Origin: Octopus vulgaris | Taxonomy: Eukaryota | Direction: 5' to 3' | NCBI GenBank assembly: GCA_951406725.2 | Contig: OX597820.1 | Span: 107,136,001 to 107,200,000, forward strand | Length of the DNA stretch: 64,000 nucleotides | In this document: positions 45,082 through 58,236 of the stretch, piece after piece | Position numbering within the stretch: position 1 is the stretch's first letter | Layout of the letters: each line of letters starts with the position of its first letter | Notes under the pieces: model-generated | Told to the model about the DNA's origin: nothing | Databases searched by the model: none | What the model saw: the letters and a program-made list of their open reading frames with translations, nothing else | Program-made: the position numbers and the translations under genes

Positions 45082-48000
45082 TATAAGACGTGCCTTTTAT
45101 TTAACCAAAAATAATACAACACCCGAGAAAATACCTGAGAAAATACCAACACCACCAACAACAACAAGAACTAAAGGAACAGAAAAACAAAAAAAATATA
45201 CAAAAACTGATTCCTCATCCCCTATATCGCACTCACCACACACAAACACTCAACAACCAACAGCAACGAAAACAACAACACAACCACTTACACAGACATA
45301 CATAGAAGCCTACAACATACCCCTACCCCCTTCTGATTCCTCAGAAAATTCGTCGGAAGACGAAACCAGCGAGAAAAGGCAAATAGCTAGAAAAGGAAGG
45401 AAAATAAAGAGCAGAAACACAACCAAACCAAATGCAAACACAAACAAAGTAGGGGAAAATACATCTCTCGAAGACATTTCAAAACCCACCGCAAACAACA
45501 GCCACACCAACACCACAAAAATATATACAGCAAACATGCTCACAGCTATAGACACCAAAAATATAAATTTGGTGGAATACATCAAATCAAAAACAAACAT
45601 AACAGAAGATGACATAAAAACAAACAATCACCCATACACAACACCACCGGATCACATCAAAATACTACATATATCCAGAAGTCTGCACCATACACTAAAA
45701 GGCATTTTCCCCAGTGCGGTTAGTACATGCCAAAAATACCTCACGAAGAAACTTTACTGGGATCTCCTCGAGGACAAACCAAAGGAGGAGAAAGCAAAAA
45801 CTTTCGAGCAGTAAGTAACCCTCTGTTCCTTTCGCTTGTATTTTAATTCACTAGGATTATGATCAAGATTGGTTGTGTAAATGCGCGTGGCTTGGGGTCC
45901 CCTTGGAAACAAGGGTACCTCTTAAATTACATAAAGTCACACAAGTTAGAAATCATAGCCATAAGTGAAACCAGACTCCACAATCCGCGGGCCCTAAAGA
46001 CCATGTTTGGCGGACAGTTCAACATTTATTTTCCCCCCTGTCCGCCAAGAATGGGCGGTAGTGGCACCGCGATACTTTTTCGCAAGAGTCTGGATCTCAA
46101 AGTAAAGACAATATTCGTAGACCCGGAGGGTAGACTGGTCGTCCTGGATGTCGACGGCAGCAATGGGTGCGCTTTTCGACTCGTATCAGTCTACGCACCG
46201 CCTTTAACAGGTCGGGCGGATTTCTTTCAACGTCTAGAAGTATTCTTGGGAACGTCACGTCCTTTACTCTTAGTAGGGGATTGGAATGCTATCTTGGACA
46301 CACATGTAGACTGCGTGGGCAGAGATAGGAATAGACGGGGATGCAAATGCCTCAGAGACCTGCTCAGACGTTTTCAACTGTCTGAAAGGTACCGACTCGA
46401 CCACCCTAATGCGCCAAATGTGGACATGGAGTAACCGCATCGGGTCGTCGAGATCGTATCTAGATAGGATACTGTGTAGAACAATAGATAGAGATAGCGT
46501 AGGATGTCCACAATTCTACATAGTCAGCTACACGGATCACAAACTTGTGACATGTACGCTAGACTTAGGTAAGACACGTAGGCAGGGTCCCGGATACTGG
46601 AAACTAAACGCGTCTTTCCCATCGAGACAGGTTTTCAGAGACCGGATTAGCACACTAGTAAAGAGGGCTTTGGCGGGAGCCATCATCAACAACAAATGGT
46701 GGTTTGCTCTCAAGAGAGCAGTAAAAGCAGAAGCGATTAGGTACAGCAAAGCACTAGCCATGGATAGAAACAGAGTAGAGGGTGAGCTAGTTAAGAAGCT
46801 AGAAGAGGCATCGCATCCGACGTTTTGGCGGCGAGGTTGGCTCTCGACCAACACTTCAACGCCAAACACGAAGGGTGTGTTGTCAGAGCTAGTATGCGTG
46901 CTCTAAGGAACGAAGGTGTTGGAGCCGCGCCAGAGGCCCGGGTGGCAGAGGCGCAACAGGGCAACAAAGCCACCATTCGGTCTCTGGTAGATGAACAGGG
47001 GCGCAAATTGCTCGAGCGAAGTAAAATGTGTGAGGCCTTTCAACAGCATTTTGCCCGACTGTTCGGGACGAGTGGCGGGTAAGAACGTAGGGTGGACTTC
47101 AGTGCCTACCTACACAGCCTACCACGACTCTCGACAAGAGAGGCAGGGCGCTGCGAAGGTGCCATCACGGCGGCGGAAGTGCAGGACTCGAGGGACAAAT
47201 CGCCGGGTTTGGTCGGTCTACCCTACGAGCTTTACAGTTGTATGCCAGACTTGTTTGGAGACCTCTTGGCAGCGGTGTACTGCAACTGGCAGCAACACGG
47301 GAGCATTCCTGGTTTTGTGAGCCGAGGAGCCGTAACACTTCTGAAGAAAGATCTAAACAAGGGGGATGTAATAGATAACTTTATCTACGTAATGCAGACT
47401 TGAACATTTTGGCCAAGGTGTTGGCGCTTGTCATCGAGAAACTGGTCGACAAGGCGCAACCGTGTGTCGTGCCGGACCGGAGCATCCATGACAACCTCCA
47501 TCTGATGCGCTACATCATAGACAGGGTAGTTAAGGAACCTGGCATGGGTGGAGCGCTGATCAATTTGGATCAATCGAAAGGTTTCGATAGGGTAGACCAT
47601 CGATACTTGGAGGCTGTCCTCAGAGCGGCTGGTTTCGGTCCCGTCTTCTGCGGCTGGATAGCCGCTTTGTACAGAGGTATCCGCTCGGTAATTCACGTAA
47701 ATGGACATCTATCGAGACCTTTCGACATTGCACGTTCGGTCCGTCAGGGATGCCCCCTCTCGTCGCTTCTTTACGTATTGACTCTCGAGCCATTATTGCG
47801 GAAGCTGGCATCTCTGAGAGGCATCCCGTGAGAATTGGGATGCGGGACGAGTGTGTCTGCATACGCGGACGACGTCACCGTCATAGTGTCTAGCCACGAG
47901 CACATCGACCTGGTCGGCGAAAAAACTGAAAGCGGTGACAGGAGCGAAAATCAACCGGGAAAAAATCAGTGGGCTTGCGACTCGGCACCTGGAGAAGCAA

Positions 48001-49590
48001 GCCCTTGCCGTCCACCAACGCCTCCGTCGCAGGACGCTGGACCGACCGTCCGGTCGAGTTGCTCGGGGTCTGGTTTGGTCTGGACATCCAAATGGAGAAG
48101 AACTGGAACGAGATAACGATTAGGGTGGTCACTCTCGCCCGGCAATGGTCCGAGAGGAAACTGTCCCTAAAAGGTCGGGCGGAGGTGGCGAACTCGTACA
48201 TCGCGTCCGTCATCTACTACCGCCTGACCGTCGTACCTTGTCCCGACCCTACCATCACCAAACTAGAACGCATTCTCTTTTGTTTCTTGTGGAAAGGATG
48301 CGTCCCGATGGTCAGGCGATCCATTTGCTGTCAACACCCGTTAAAAGGAGGACTGGGCATGCCGTGGTTGATGATGCGAAGACATGCGCTGGGACTGCGA
48401 CACATTAGGCTCTACGTAGACGACGGTGAATAGGTGTGGTCGCCGTTTGTGAGGCATGCTTTCCCGCAACTCGTCTCCATGACCGATCTGCAGTCGTGGA
48501 TCAAAAAGAGGCCGAGGAAGGGCGAATGGCACCGCGAGTATCGCGTTGCTCTCAAGCAACTATGCCGTCCCGAGTCGAGCTTGAGTGACTTCAACACAAC
48601 CAAAGCATTCTATAGGGGATTTGTGGAGGGGAGATACGACGATGAGCTCGGGGCGAACTTGGACGTCGACGAGGAATACCTGACCCGCCTGTTCAGGACG
48701 ACTTTCGGGCCAGGGCCAATGGACAACTTCCAGAGATCCCTGGCCTGGCAGTGCTACCGAGAAGCGCTACCCGTTCGGGATAAGCTCTACAGACACGGCT
48801 CGAGAAACACGGGACCGAGATGCGGTCAGAGTGACGAAACCGTTCTGCACGCGCTCTTGCAGTGTCCAACCATTTCCAACCTGTGGGTTTATGTCGAACC
48901 ACTGCTGTCACGTGTGGGACGAGTCGGTTTATCAGCCGAGTCGGTTTATCAGCCGAGTCTATCGTCAATATTGTTACGCCTCCTTCCTTCAAACGGGAAG
49001 GAAGAGCTATTTTCATCATTCTTGTGGCTATGGCGAAAGAATGTATCTGGTGGACGCGTCTGAAAAGATTGGAGACGAACACTTTCCTCTCTGGTCAATC
49101 TCTCATCCACTTCTTCAAGTATCACTTGAAAAGGAAAGTGAGAGTAGAGACGCAGGTTTTGTCTAGCGAATGTTTTAAAAAAAGATGGGTGAATGTAGCA
49201 AGGATGGCATGTATGAATGACGAAGCCACCTTGAGCATAATCCTATGAACCCGGAAAATTTAAAACAGAAGGTTACCTTCTTACAAACAAATGTGGTAAC
49301 ATGTAACATCATTGACCGAGGTTACCGTGGTCTTTTCTGTAGGCTTTTCTTCCCACAGATAATCCTTATCTGTTTCCCCCTTTACACTTTACACCATGAC
49401 ACTGTGATACATGATCCCTATTGATCGTTTTTTCCCCTTTTTTCCCTTTTTTTTCTTCTTTCCCTTTTACGATCCCTTTTGATCGAAAACCTAACCCACC
49501 TCTTTTTTCCCCCTCTCTCCCCCAAAAAGAAAAGCTCTACTTTGTAATCTGTCCCGTCTGTGTGCAGCCCTGTGTGACTAATAAAGAAAC
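45082..49590 (+). mobile_element. Tx1/L1-clade LINE (partial ORF1, frameshifted ORF2)
   Basis: ORF2 from 45859: CVNARGL, ISETRL, GDWNAILD, SYLDR, TDHKLV, GPGYWKLN, DQSKGFDRVDH, VRQGCPLS, YADD, RCGQSDETVLHALLQC; AATAAA near 49580. Confidence 0.9.
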
Positions 49591-50013
49591 ATATTTTCCA
49601 ATCATTTTGGCTCTTATCTAAATCGAAGTTAACACTAAAAAATAAATGGTATTTTTACGTTCGGCAAAATAATTGACAATTAATTGCAATTAAATACAAT
49701 AACTGATTGGCCTGTATTCCAATTAAAATTAACTGATCAATAGGAAAATTATGAATTGGAGAGGTTTCAATAAATTATTTACAACCCCTGGTGGTGGTGG
49801 TGGTGGTGGTGGTGGTGGGGGTATGTGTGTGTGTGGAGTACATTGGGTCAGGTAGAGCAACAACAGCAAAAGACAAGAGCAACAGCAACCAGTCAATGTG
49901 ATTCTCCGTTGTCGTAGGAACTTGCTAGAAACAACAGCCAAATCTCTCGCAAATCACACCTTACAACTATAGTATGAAAACGAAGCAACAGCAGCAGCAG
50001 TAGCAGTTGCCGT

Positions 50014-50045
<32 letters not shown>

Positions 50046-50341
50046 TAGTAGTAACAGTGAAAAATGTAGACTTAAAAAATAAAAAAAATGTCTGATGAGA
50101 CGTGATGGTCATGGTTAGAATGTCTTAGATCACACATCTAGTAGTTCAGAGCTGATTCAGTGCTAAACAACAACTACTTCTGCAAGTATGACGAGACGAC
50201 TGCTGTTGTTACTGCTACATCTGCATCAATGTTGTAGAACTAAATGCAACTGCAGCAACAAACCAAACAACTGCACACAGACACAATACTCAGTGTAGAA
50301 ATTTGTTATATTAAGTATTTTTTACCCATTTAGCACTGGGA

Positions 50342-50414
50342 GCCTCTGTGGCCCAATGGATAAGGCACCGGCCTCCTAAGCCGGGGATTGCGGGTTCGAG
50401 TCCCGTCAGAGGTA
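50342..50414 (+). tRNA. tRNA-Arg (anticodon CCT)
   Basis: 73-nt cloverleaf, acceptor GCCTCTG/CAGAGGT, anticodon arm CCGGC-CTCCTAA-GCCGG, T-loop GGTTCGAGTCC, downstream oligo-T Pol III terminator. Confidence 0.96.
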
Positions 50415-50841
50415 TAGGGACATATATTTTTCGTCATTTTTTTTTCTTCAATTCATTTTCTTATCTGAACTAGGTGAGATTAACACATTCCTTTCCTTTC
50501 GATTTCCGTTCCATTGAATCTCATCTAATTTTGGATCATAAAAGGTGAGGTAAAATATTTTTCGTTCATTTATTAAACATTGTAAAGCAATGAAATCTTC
50601 CGTAGTAGTAACTAACCACACAGAGAACGATGTTTCCCAAGAAAAGTTAACTATTGAGATAAACTCAGGTGAGAAGTTCTAATGTCCCAGTTACCTCTAA
50701 CAGGACTAGGATCCGCAGTCGGAGGCCAGTGCTTTAATCAGTGGATTATAGGGGTTTACAACTGTGAGCATTCAAAACTACTTGAAACATTTTTCTGTGA
50801 TACACATTATCGTCTTTCTCAGATATAATCGGTTATTCTGC

Positions 50842-50842
50842 T

Positions 50843-50873
<31 letters not shown>

Positions 50874-50910
50874 TAGTAGCAGCAGCAGCAGCAGCAGCAG
50901 TAGCAGTAGC

Positions 50911-50947
<37 letters not shown>
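50842..50947. repeat. (CAG)n/(TAG)n microsatellite
   Basis: Direct reading of the sequence. Confidence 0.9.
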
Positions 50948-51416
50948 AGTCACAATGGAGTTAATAATACCCTAAAAAACAACTTCGCATTTGAAATTTT
51001 ATTCACTTTTTCAGGCTTATTTGCAATAATTTGACAGATTTTTTGGTGAGAACTATGGACTTCAGTGATTTTTTTATTAATATAATCTTCTTATCAACCT
51101 GCTAACATATATTTGTAATAATGTCTTTTTTGTATGCATGTATGTATGCATGCATGTACGTATGCATCAATGTATGTATGTATATATGTACGTATGTATG
51201 CATGAATGCAAGTATGCATGCATGTATGCATGTAAGTATTCGTGTATGTAAGTATGCATATATGTATGCATGTATGTATGTGTGTAAGCATGCATGCATG
51301 TATGTATCTATATAAGTATGCATGCCTGGATGCATGTATGCATGCTTGTATGTATGCATGCATGTATGTATGTATGCATGCATATATGCATGTATATATG
51401 TATGAATGTATGTATA

Positions 51417-52243
51417 AACAATTGGATCATTTCCATCAGGTGTGTCTCAGACGGATCTATGGTATTAAGTGGAAGGCCCGCATCAGTGATCTTGAAATAT
51501 TGGAAGGCTCTCGGTGTGAAAGTATAGAAGCTCTTGTGTTAAAGCAAAGGCTCAGATGGAGTGGTCATCTGGTCAGGATGAAGGATTCAAGGATGCCAAA
51601 GCAACTCTTTTATGGAGAGTTAGCTAAAGGAGAACGACCTCCACATAAACCAAAATAGAGGTATAAAGACTTGCTGAAGGCTTCCTCAAGAGATGCTTGC
51701 ATCTCTCCTGACACATGGGAGGGCATAGCTATTGATCGTAGCAGGTGGAGAAGGATTGTGCACGAGGGGACAGCTACTTTTGAGAAATCTCGAGGTGCAC
51801 GTGAGAAAGTAAGGAGAGATGTCAGGAAGGGCTTCGCTGTTACACTTCCAGATGGGAAGGGTCTTCCTATGATACTGACATGCAGTGTTTGTGCAAGACC
51901 CTGCCTCAGAAAAGCTGGACTCAAGATTCATCTTCGTAGTCATAAAGCGAGACAGATGAGAGACAACCTGGCCACTGGTGGTGGTGTTACACACCACACT
52001 AATCATATCTGTCGGGTATGTGGAAGAGAATGTAATTCGGCAGGAGGACTTAAACGACATGCAAAGGTACATGAAGCCCAGTTACATCTACAGCCGGCTA
52101 TTACCAGTGAAGGTTTTAGTTGCCAATTCTGTACAAGACATTGTAGATCTTTAGCTGGGCTAAAAAGTTACATTCGATCACAGCACCAGTAACAGTTAAG
52201 CTTCGTGCAATGACCATACTCGATAACAAGGGGGCAGCCATAA
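51417..52243 (+). mobile_element. RTE LINE 3' fragment with three C2H2-like fingers
   Basis: [23 protein letters not shown], then CSVC..HLRSH, CRVC..HAKVH, CQFC..YIRSQH; tail runs into (ATGT)n. Confidence 0.88.
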
Positions 52244-52767
52244 TGTATGTATGTATGTATGTATGTATGTATGTATGTATGTATGTATGTATGTATGTAT
52301 GCATGTATGTATGTATGTATGTATGTATGTATGTATGTATGTATGTATGTATGCATGCATGTATGTAGGTATGTAGGTATGTAGGTATTATGTATGTATG
52401 TATGTATGTATGTAGGACTGTATGTATGTATGTATGTATGTAGGTATGAATGTATGTATGTATGTATGTATGTATGTATGTACGGATGTCGGTATGCATG
52501 TACGTAGGAATGTATGTATGTATGTATGTATGTATGTATGTATGTATGTATGTATGTATGTATGTATGTATGTATGTATGTATGTATATAGTTATGTAGG
52601 TATGTAAGTATGTATCTATAAATGTATGTAGATATGTAAGTATGTATGTATATCTGTAGGTTGGTATTTAGTTATGTATGTATGTATGTATGTATATAGG
52701 TATGTCTGTATGTAGGTATGACATATGTACGTAGGTATGAATGTACGTATGTAGGTATGTATGTATT

Positions 52768-53272
52768 GGTAACATGTAACCCAGTACAACCTGTTGCATG
52801 GTCGGATCGTCGGCGACTAAACCGGCAACCCCACCAAGCTTGCTTGGTGAGGAGAGTGTTTATTGGACACCCTGCGGGATGAAAAACAAAACCCGTCAAA
52901 GGGCGGAGGAACTCTTGAGAGTCAACGGCCATCCAATAAATGTCTTAAGGATGTATCATGCGCGCAGGGACATAGAAATAATCGGACTGAATACCCGATC
53001 ACGCGGTTAAACCATTGGGACATCCCTCTAGGAGAAGGTAACTCAGGTAACTGAGATAACTCTGACATAAAATCTGCGGCTCAGTGGTTACAGATGATGT
53101 TGACCTGTTCTTCTTTTCGGATTATGGCTGCTGTTGCTTAGTGAGTGGGATTGACTCAGTGCACGGCCTTTCCTCACTTTAAAAAAAATCTTCTTGCACA
53201 GGCATTGCACGATAACAACATTGATTAAGCTTCGTGCAATGGCCATACTCGATAACGAGGGGGCAGCCACCA
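52768..53272 (+). mobile_element. Putative bipartite non-autonomous RTE derivative
   Basis: About 450 bp of non-coding sequence with an RTE 5'-UTR-like GGAGAAGGTAACTC, joined to the same 45-bp 3' terminus as 52197-52243. Confidence 0.55.
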
Positions 53273-53386
53273 TGTATGTATGTAGGTATGTATATATGTA
53301 GGAATGTATATATGCATGTATGTATGCATTCGTGCATGCATGCATAAATGCATACATACATGCATACATATATACATACATTTTTA

Positions 53387-53508
53387 TGGCTGACCCCTCG
53401 TTATCGAGTATGGCCATTGCACGAAGCTTAATTGTTACTGATGCTGTGATCGAATGTGACTTTTTAGCCCAGCTAAAGATCTACAATGTCTTGTACAGAA
53501 TTGGCAAC
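53387..53508 (-). mobile_element. Short inverted 3' fragment of the same RTE family
   Basis: Reverse complement of 52120-52243. Confidence 0.8.
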
Positions 53509-54912
53509 ATGTAGCCATGCAGGCATGCATACTTATATAAATACATACATACATGCATGCATGCATACATATATACATTCATACATGCTTACATGCAAGC
53601 ATTCATACATACATGCTTACATACCTACATACATACACATAAACATAAATACGTACATGCATGCATGCATAAATACATACAAACATACATGCATGCATGT
53701 ATGCTTATATACAGACGTCGGTAAATACCTACATACATACATGCATACATCAATAAATACATTCTTACATAATACATACATACATATATGCATGCCGCCA
53801 TACCTGCATACATATATGTATACATGCATAAATATATGCATGCATGCATACCTACATACATACTTTCATACACATACATGCATGCATGTACACATACATA
53901 CATATAGACATGCATACAAGCTCTTCTCCATGCATACATACATTCATACAATATTATAAGCGTAAATGCATGCATACATACAATCATATATACATAGATA
54001 CATACATAAATACATACATGTATATATGCATATATATATACATACATGCATACATGCATACTTACATACATACATACATACATACATGCATGCATGCATG
54101 GATAAATGCATGAATGCATAAATGTATACTAATGTGCAAACATACCAACATGCATGTAAACATGAATACATGCATGCATACGTACATACAAACTTGCATA
54201 CATACATTCAAACATGCATACATACATATATACATGCATGCATGCAGGATGGCATACACGCATACATAAATTCATACATACAAGCATTAATGCGTGGATA
54301 CATGCATACATACATGTATACATGCATACATACATGTATACATGCATACATACATAAATATATATTCATGCATGCATGCTTGCATGCGTGAATACATGCA
54401 TACATACATACCTGCATGCATGTATGCATGCATACATACATACACACATACATACATACATGCATACATGTATGCATGCGCGTACATACACATACATACA
54501 TGCATACTCGCATACATATATAAATACATACATACATGCATACTTATATGAATGTGTGCATACATACATACATGCATACCTACAAACATACATATGCTTA
54601 CATGCATACATATCTACATACATACAAACATGCATGTATACATGCATACATTCATTCATGCATACATACATACATACAAGTATGCATGCATACCTACATT
54701 CATACATACGTACACACATGCATTCATGCATGTAGGCAGATATACACGCATACATAAATACATACTGTCATACATGCCTGCATACATGCTTACATACATA
54801 CACACATATATGTATACATGCATACATACATACATATGTATCCATGCAGGCATGCTTGCATGCGTGCATACATGCATACCTACATTCATACATGCATACA
54901 TACATACATACA

Positions 54913-54946
<34 letters not shown>

Positions 54947-54971
54947 CATACATATATAGACATACATACAT

Positions 54972-55552
54972 TATGGCTGCCCCCTCGTTATCGAGTATGG
55001 CCATTGCATAAAGCTTAACTGTTACTGGTGCTGCGATCGAATGTGACTTTTTAGTCAGCTAAAGATATACAGTGTCTAGTACAAAATTGGCAACTAAAAC
55101 CTTTACTGGTAATAGCCGGCTGTCGTTGTAACTGGGCTTCATGTACCTTTGCATGTCGTTTAAGTCCTCCTGCCGAATTACACTCTCTTCCACATGCCCG
55201 ACAGATATGATTAGTATGGTGTGTTACACCACCACCAGTGGCCAGGTTGTCTCTCATCTGTCTCGCTTTATGACTACGAAGATGACTCTTGAGTCCAGCT
55301 TTACTGAGGCAGGGTCTTGCACAAACACTGCATGTCAGTATCATAGGAAGACCCTTCCCATCTGGAAGTGTAACAGCGAAGCCCTTCCCGACTTCCCTCC
55401 TTACTTTCTCATGCGCAACTCGAGATTTCTCAAAAGTGGCTGTCCCCTCGTGCACAATCCTTCTCCACCTGCTACGATCAATAGCTGATGCGGGCCTTCC
55501 ACTTAATGCCATAGATCCGTCTGAGGCACATCTGATGGAAACGTTCCAGTTG
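54972..55552 (-). mobile_element. Inverted RTE 3' fragment with an internal deletion
   Basis: Reverse complement of 51417-52243 lacking about 240 bp at about 55486. Confidence 0.85.
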
Positions 55553-55563
55553 ATGTATGCTTA

Positions 55564-56833
55564 CGAGGGGCGTTCAATAAGTAATGCCCCTGGCACACTT
55601 CCCATAGCAGTAGAGCAACGACACTTGGCACAGTTATTAGTCTTTTCCTACATAGGAACTACCCAGAGTTATGCATTTCTCCCATCGTTTGATACAGCTC
55701 TGGAGACCGTTTTTGTAGAAAACCCCAGCTTGGTCCTCCAACCATGACGTGACTTCAGAAATCAAGGCTGCATCATCTGGGAAACGCTTTCCTTTCAAAA
55801 TCAACTTCATGGCTGGGAAGAGGTGAAAATCAGAGGGTGCAAGGGGAGGAGTTCATAGCTGCACGCCTGTGCTTCTGATCTGGCGACACGCGAGTTGTGG
55901 ACCGGAGCGTTGTCCTGCAGGAGGAGGATGCCTTTGCTGATCTTGCCCTGCCTCTTGATTTTGATAGCTTCTTTTAATTTCCTCAAAAGTGAAGCATTAT
56001 AGGCTCCTGTAATTGTGGTACCCTTTGCCAGGAAATCTGTCATCACTACTCCGTCCTGGTCCCAGAAGACTGTGAGCATAACCTTGTCAGCGGAGGGCTG
56101 CACCCTTGCCTTCTTTGGAGGAGGTGAGTTACGGTGCTTCACTGCATTGACTGGGCTTTGGTCTATGGATCATAGTGATGGACCCAGGTTTCATCCTGTG
56201 TGATCAGCCTTTTGAAAAATTTTGACTCATCTTCTTGGCACATCTCCAAATTCATCCTCGAGCACTCAACGCGTTCTTGCTTCTGGAAAGGTGTGAGCAA
56301 CCTGGAAATCCATCTGGCAGACACCTTTTGCATATGCAAATGGTCATTAATGATAGTTTCCACAGACCCGGTACTAATCTTGACCTTATGGGCTATTTGG
56401 CGAATAGTAATGCGTTGACCTTCCAAATTGGCAGCCTCAACTTGACGGACAAACGTCTCATCAACGGCAGAAGGGGGCGACCAGATCTGGGAGCTGTTTC
56501 CACAGAGTTCCGACTATGTTTGAATTCACAATGCCAACGTTTTACAAGGTCATATGATGGGGCATCATCACCATAAGTTACTTTCATTTCATCAAAAGTC
56601 TCCCGTGGTGTGCGTCCTTTCAAATACAAAAACCAGATCACTGCTCGACACTCAACAGGCTCCGTTTCAAACTTGACTCAGTTCAAACACCTTTAAATCA
56701 GAAAACCACAATTAGTTCAGAGCTGTAATTCGCCACTTAATCTATAGAGGTATAAATAAGTGCACATGCAAAATTTCAGCAAGATCAAACAATTGCAAGT
56801 GGGTCAGGGGCATTACTTATTGAACGCCCCTCG
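55564..56833 (-). mobile_element. Mariner element, full length, defective
   Basis: TIRs CGAGGGGCGTTCAATAAGTAATGCCCCTG flanked by TA; ITQDETWVHHYDP, KVMLTVFWD, LQDNAPVH; frameshifts. Confidence 0.93.
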
Positions 56834-57649
56834 TACATTCATACATGCATACATACATGCATACATGTAGGCATGCATGTACACATACATACATACAAAC
56901 ATACATGCATGCATGGATGCATACATAGTCATATACATATATACATACATAAATACATGCATATATACAGGCATATATGCAAAGATACATACACACATAT
57001 ATACATGCATATATGCATACATACATACATAGAAGCATGCTTGCAATCATGCATGCATACATGCATATATACATACATACATGCATTCATATATACATTT
57101 ATGCATACATACATACATACATACATACATACTCACATACGTACATACATACACACATACATGCATTTATACATACATACACGCATACATGCATAATTAC
57201 ATAAATACATGCATGAAATATTCACGTTATTTTACGTGGCAGATATATGCAACGTAACTAAAGTTTGTACTATATGTGCAGGATATTTTTTTACGGGAAA
57301 AAATGGAAAAATATGAGTGAATATATATTTTATGAGTGCGTTGTATGAAGTCTATAAAATTGTGCATAAAGTATATATAAATATATAAATATAATTTTCC
57401 TTGTGTTATTTGTCCCGTACTCTATTTTTTCGTTGTTTAAGAAAAATGTCCAGTTCCTTGGTTTTGTGTTTATGTTTTCGTTTCTCATTGTGTTCGACGT
57501 TTTTTTTTTGATGTCCTGTACCCATATATGCATGTATATATACATGTAGATGTAGGTACGTACATATATGTATGTATATATGCATATGTTTTATTTATTA
57601 ATTTGTTATTACTTGACAGAACGCACGCATCCATTTCTAAGTAAGTTTG

Positions 57650-57690
<41 letters not shown>

Positions 57691-57760
57691 GGAGTAAACA
57701 CATAAATGTGAAACAAGGTGGAAAAAAGAGTATTCAAATACCAGTGGTAGAGTAATATGC

Positions 57761-57917
57761 TTTATTTAAAGCAGCAGAAAATTCAACAAAACCTGTTACT
57801 CTGAGTTTCACGTTGCCGTTCATCGGACAGTTTTTGCTGGAATCTAGCAAAAACTGTCTGATGAACGGCAACGAGAAACTCAGAGTAACAGATTTTGTTG
57901 AATTTTCTGCTGCTTTA

Positions 57918-57923
<6 letters not shown>
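57761..57923. ncRNA. Inverted pair of minimal hammerhead ribozymes forming a hairpin of about 78 bp
   Basis: Plus copy 57854-57891 CTGT-CTGATGA-ACGGCAACGA-GAAA-CTCAGAG-TA-ACAG; minus copy 57793-57830 CTGT-CCGATGA-ACGGCAACGT-GAAA-CTCAGAG-TA-ACAG. Confidence 0.8.
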
Positions 57924-57972
<49 letters not shown>

Positions 57973-58205
57973 TACATATATGAGAGGGCATCCACTAAAA
58001 GTGAACTCCCTTACGCTAGCCACTAAAAGTTGTTCTCAAGAAAAAATTTAGCACACCATGAACGTATACATGCATACGTATACATACGTATACATACATG
58101 TATATGTATTAATAATATTTACTGAATCTCAGTTTTTTATGCGCTAAACCATTGGTGTTAAACTGATATTATTAAATTAATATACAATTTTTCACCCTCA
58201 TTTTG

Positions 58206-58236
<31 letters not shown>

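Larger units (their letters stand above)
41773..49790 (+). mobile_element. hAT DNA transposon with nested insertions
   Basis: TIRs CAGGGGTAGTAAAAAATT / AATTATTTACAACCCCTG; flanks GTGGTGTG / GTGGTGGT; transposase remnants GLKPFSFTEDPLT, GDNTEVNKS, RNKTCWSST, SNILERFFS, NLEIQLFLKVN. Confidence 0.82.

Noticed and set aside
45014-45814. 266-aa host protein
   Set aside because: Chimeric frame running from the hAT 3' region into Tx1 ORF1, directly upstream of ORF2
50764-50964. Poly-Ser ORF
   Set aside because: Simple (CAG)/(TAG) repeat with no coding context
51671-52192. Host C2H2 zinc-finger gene
   Set aside because: Continuous with RTE RT C-terminal motifs and ends in the element tail
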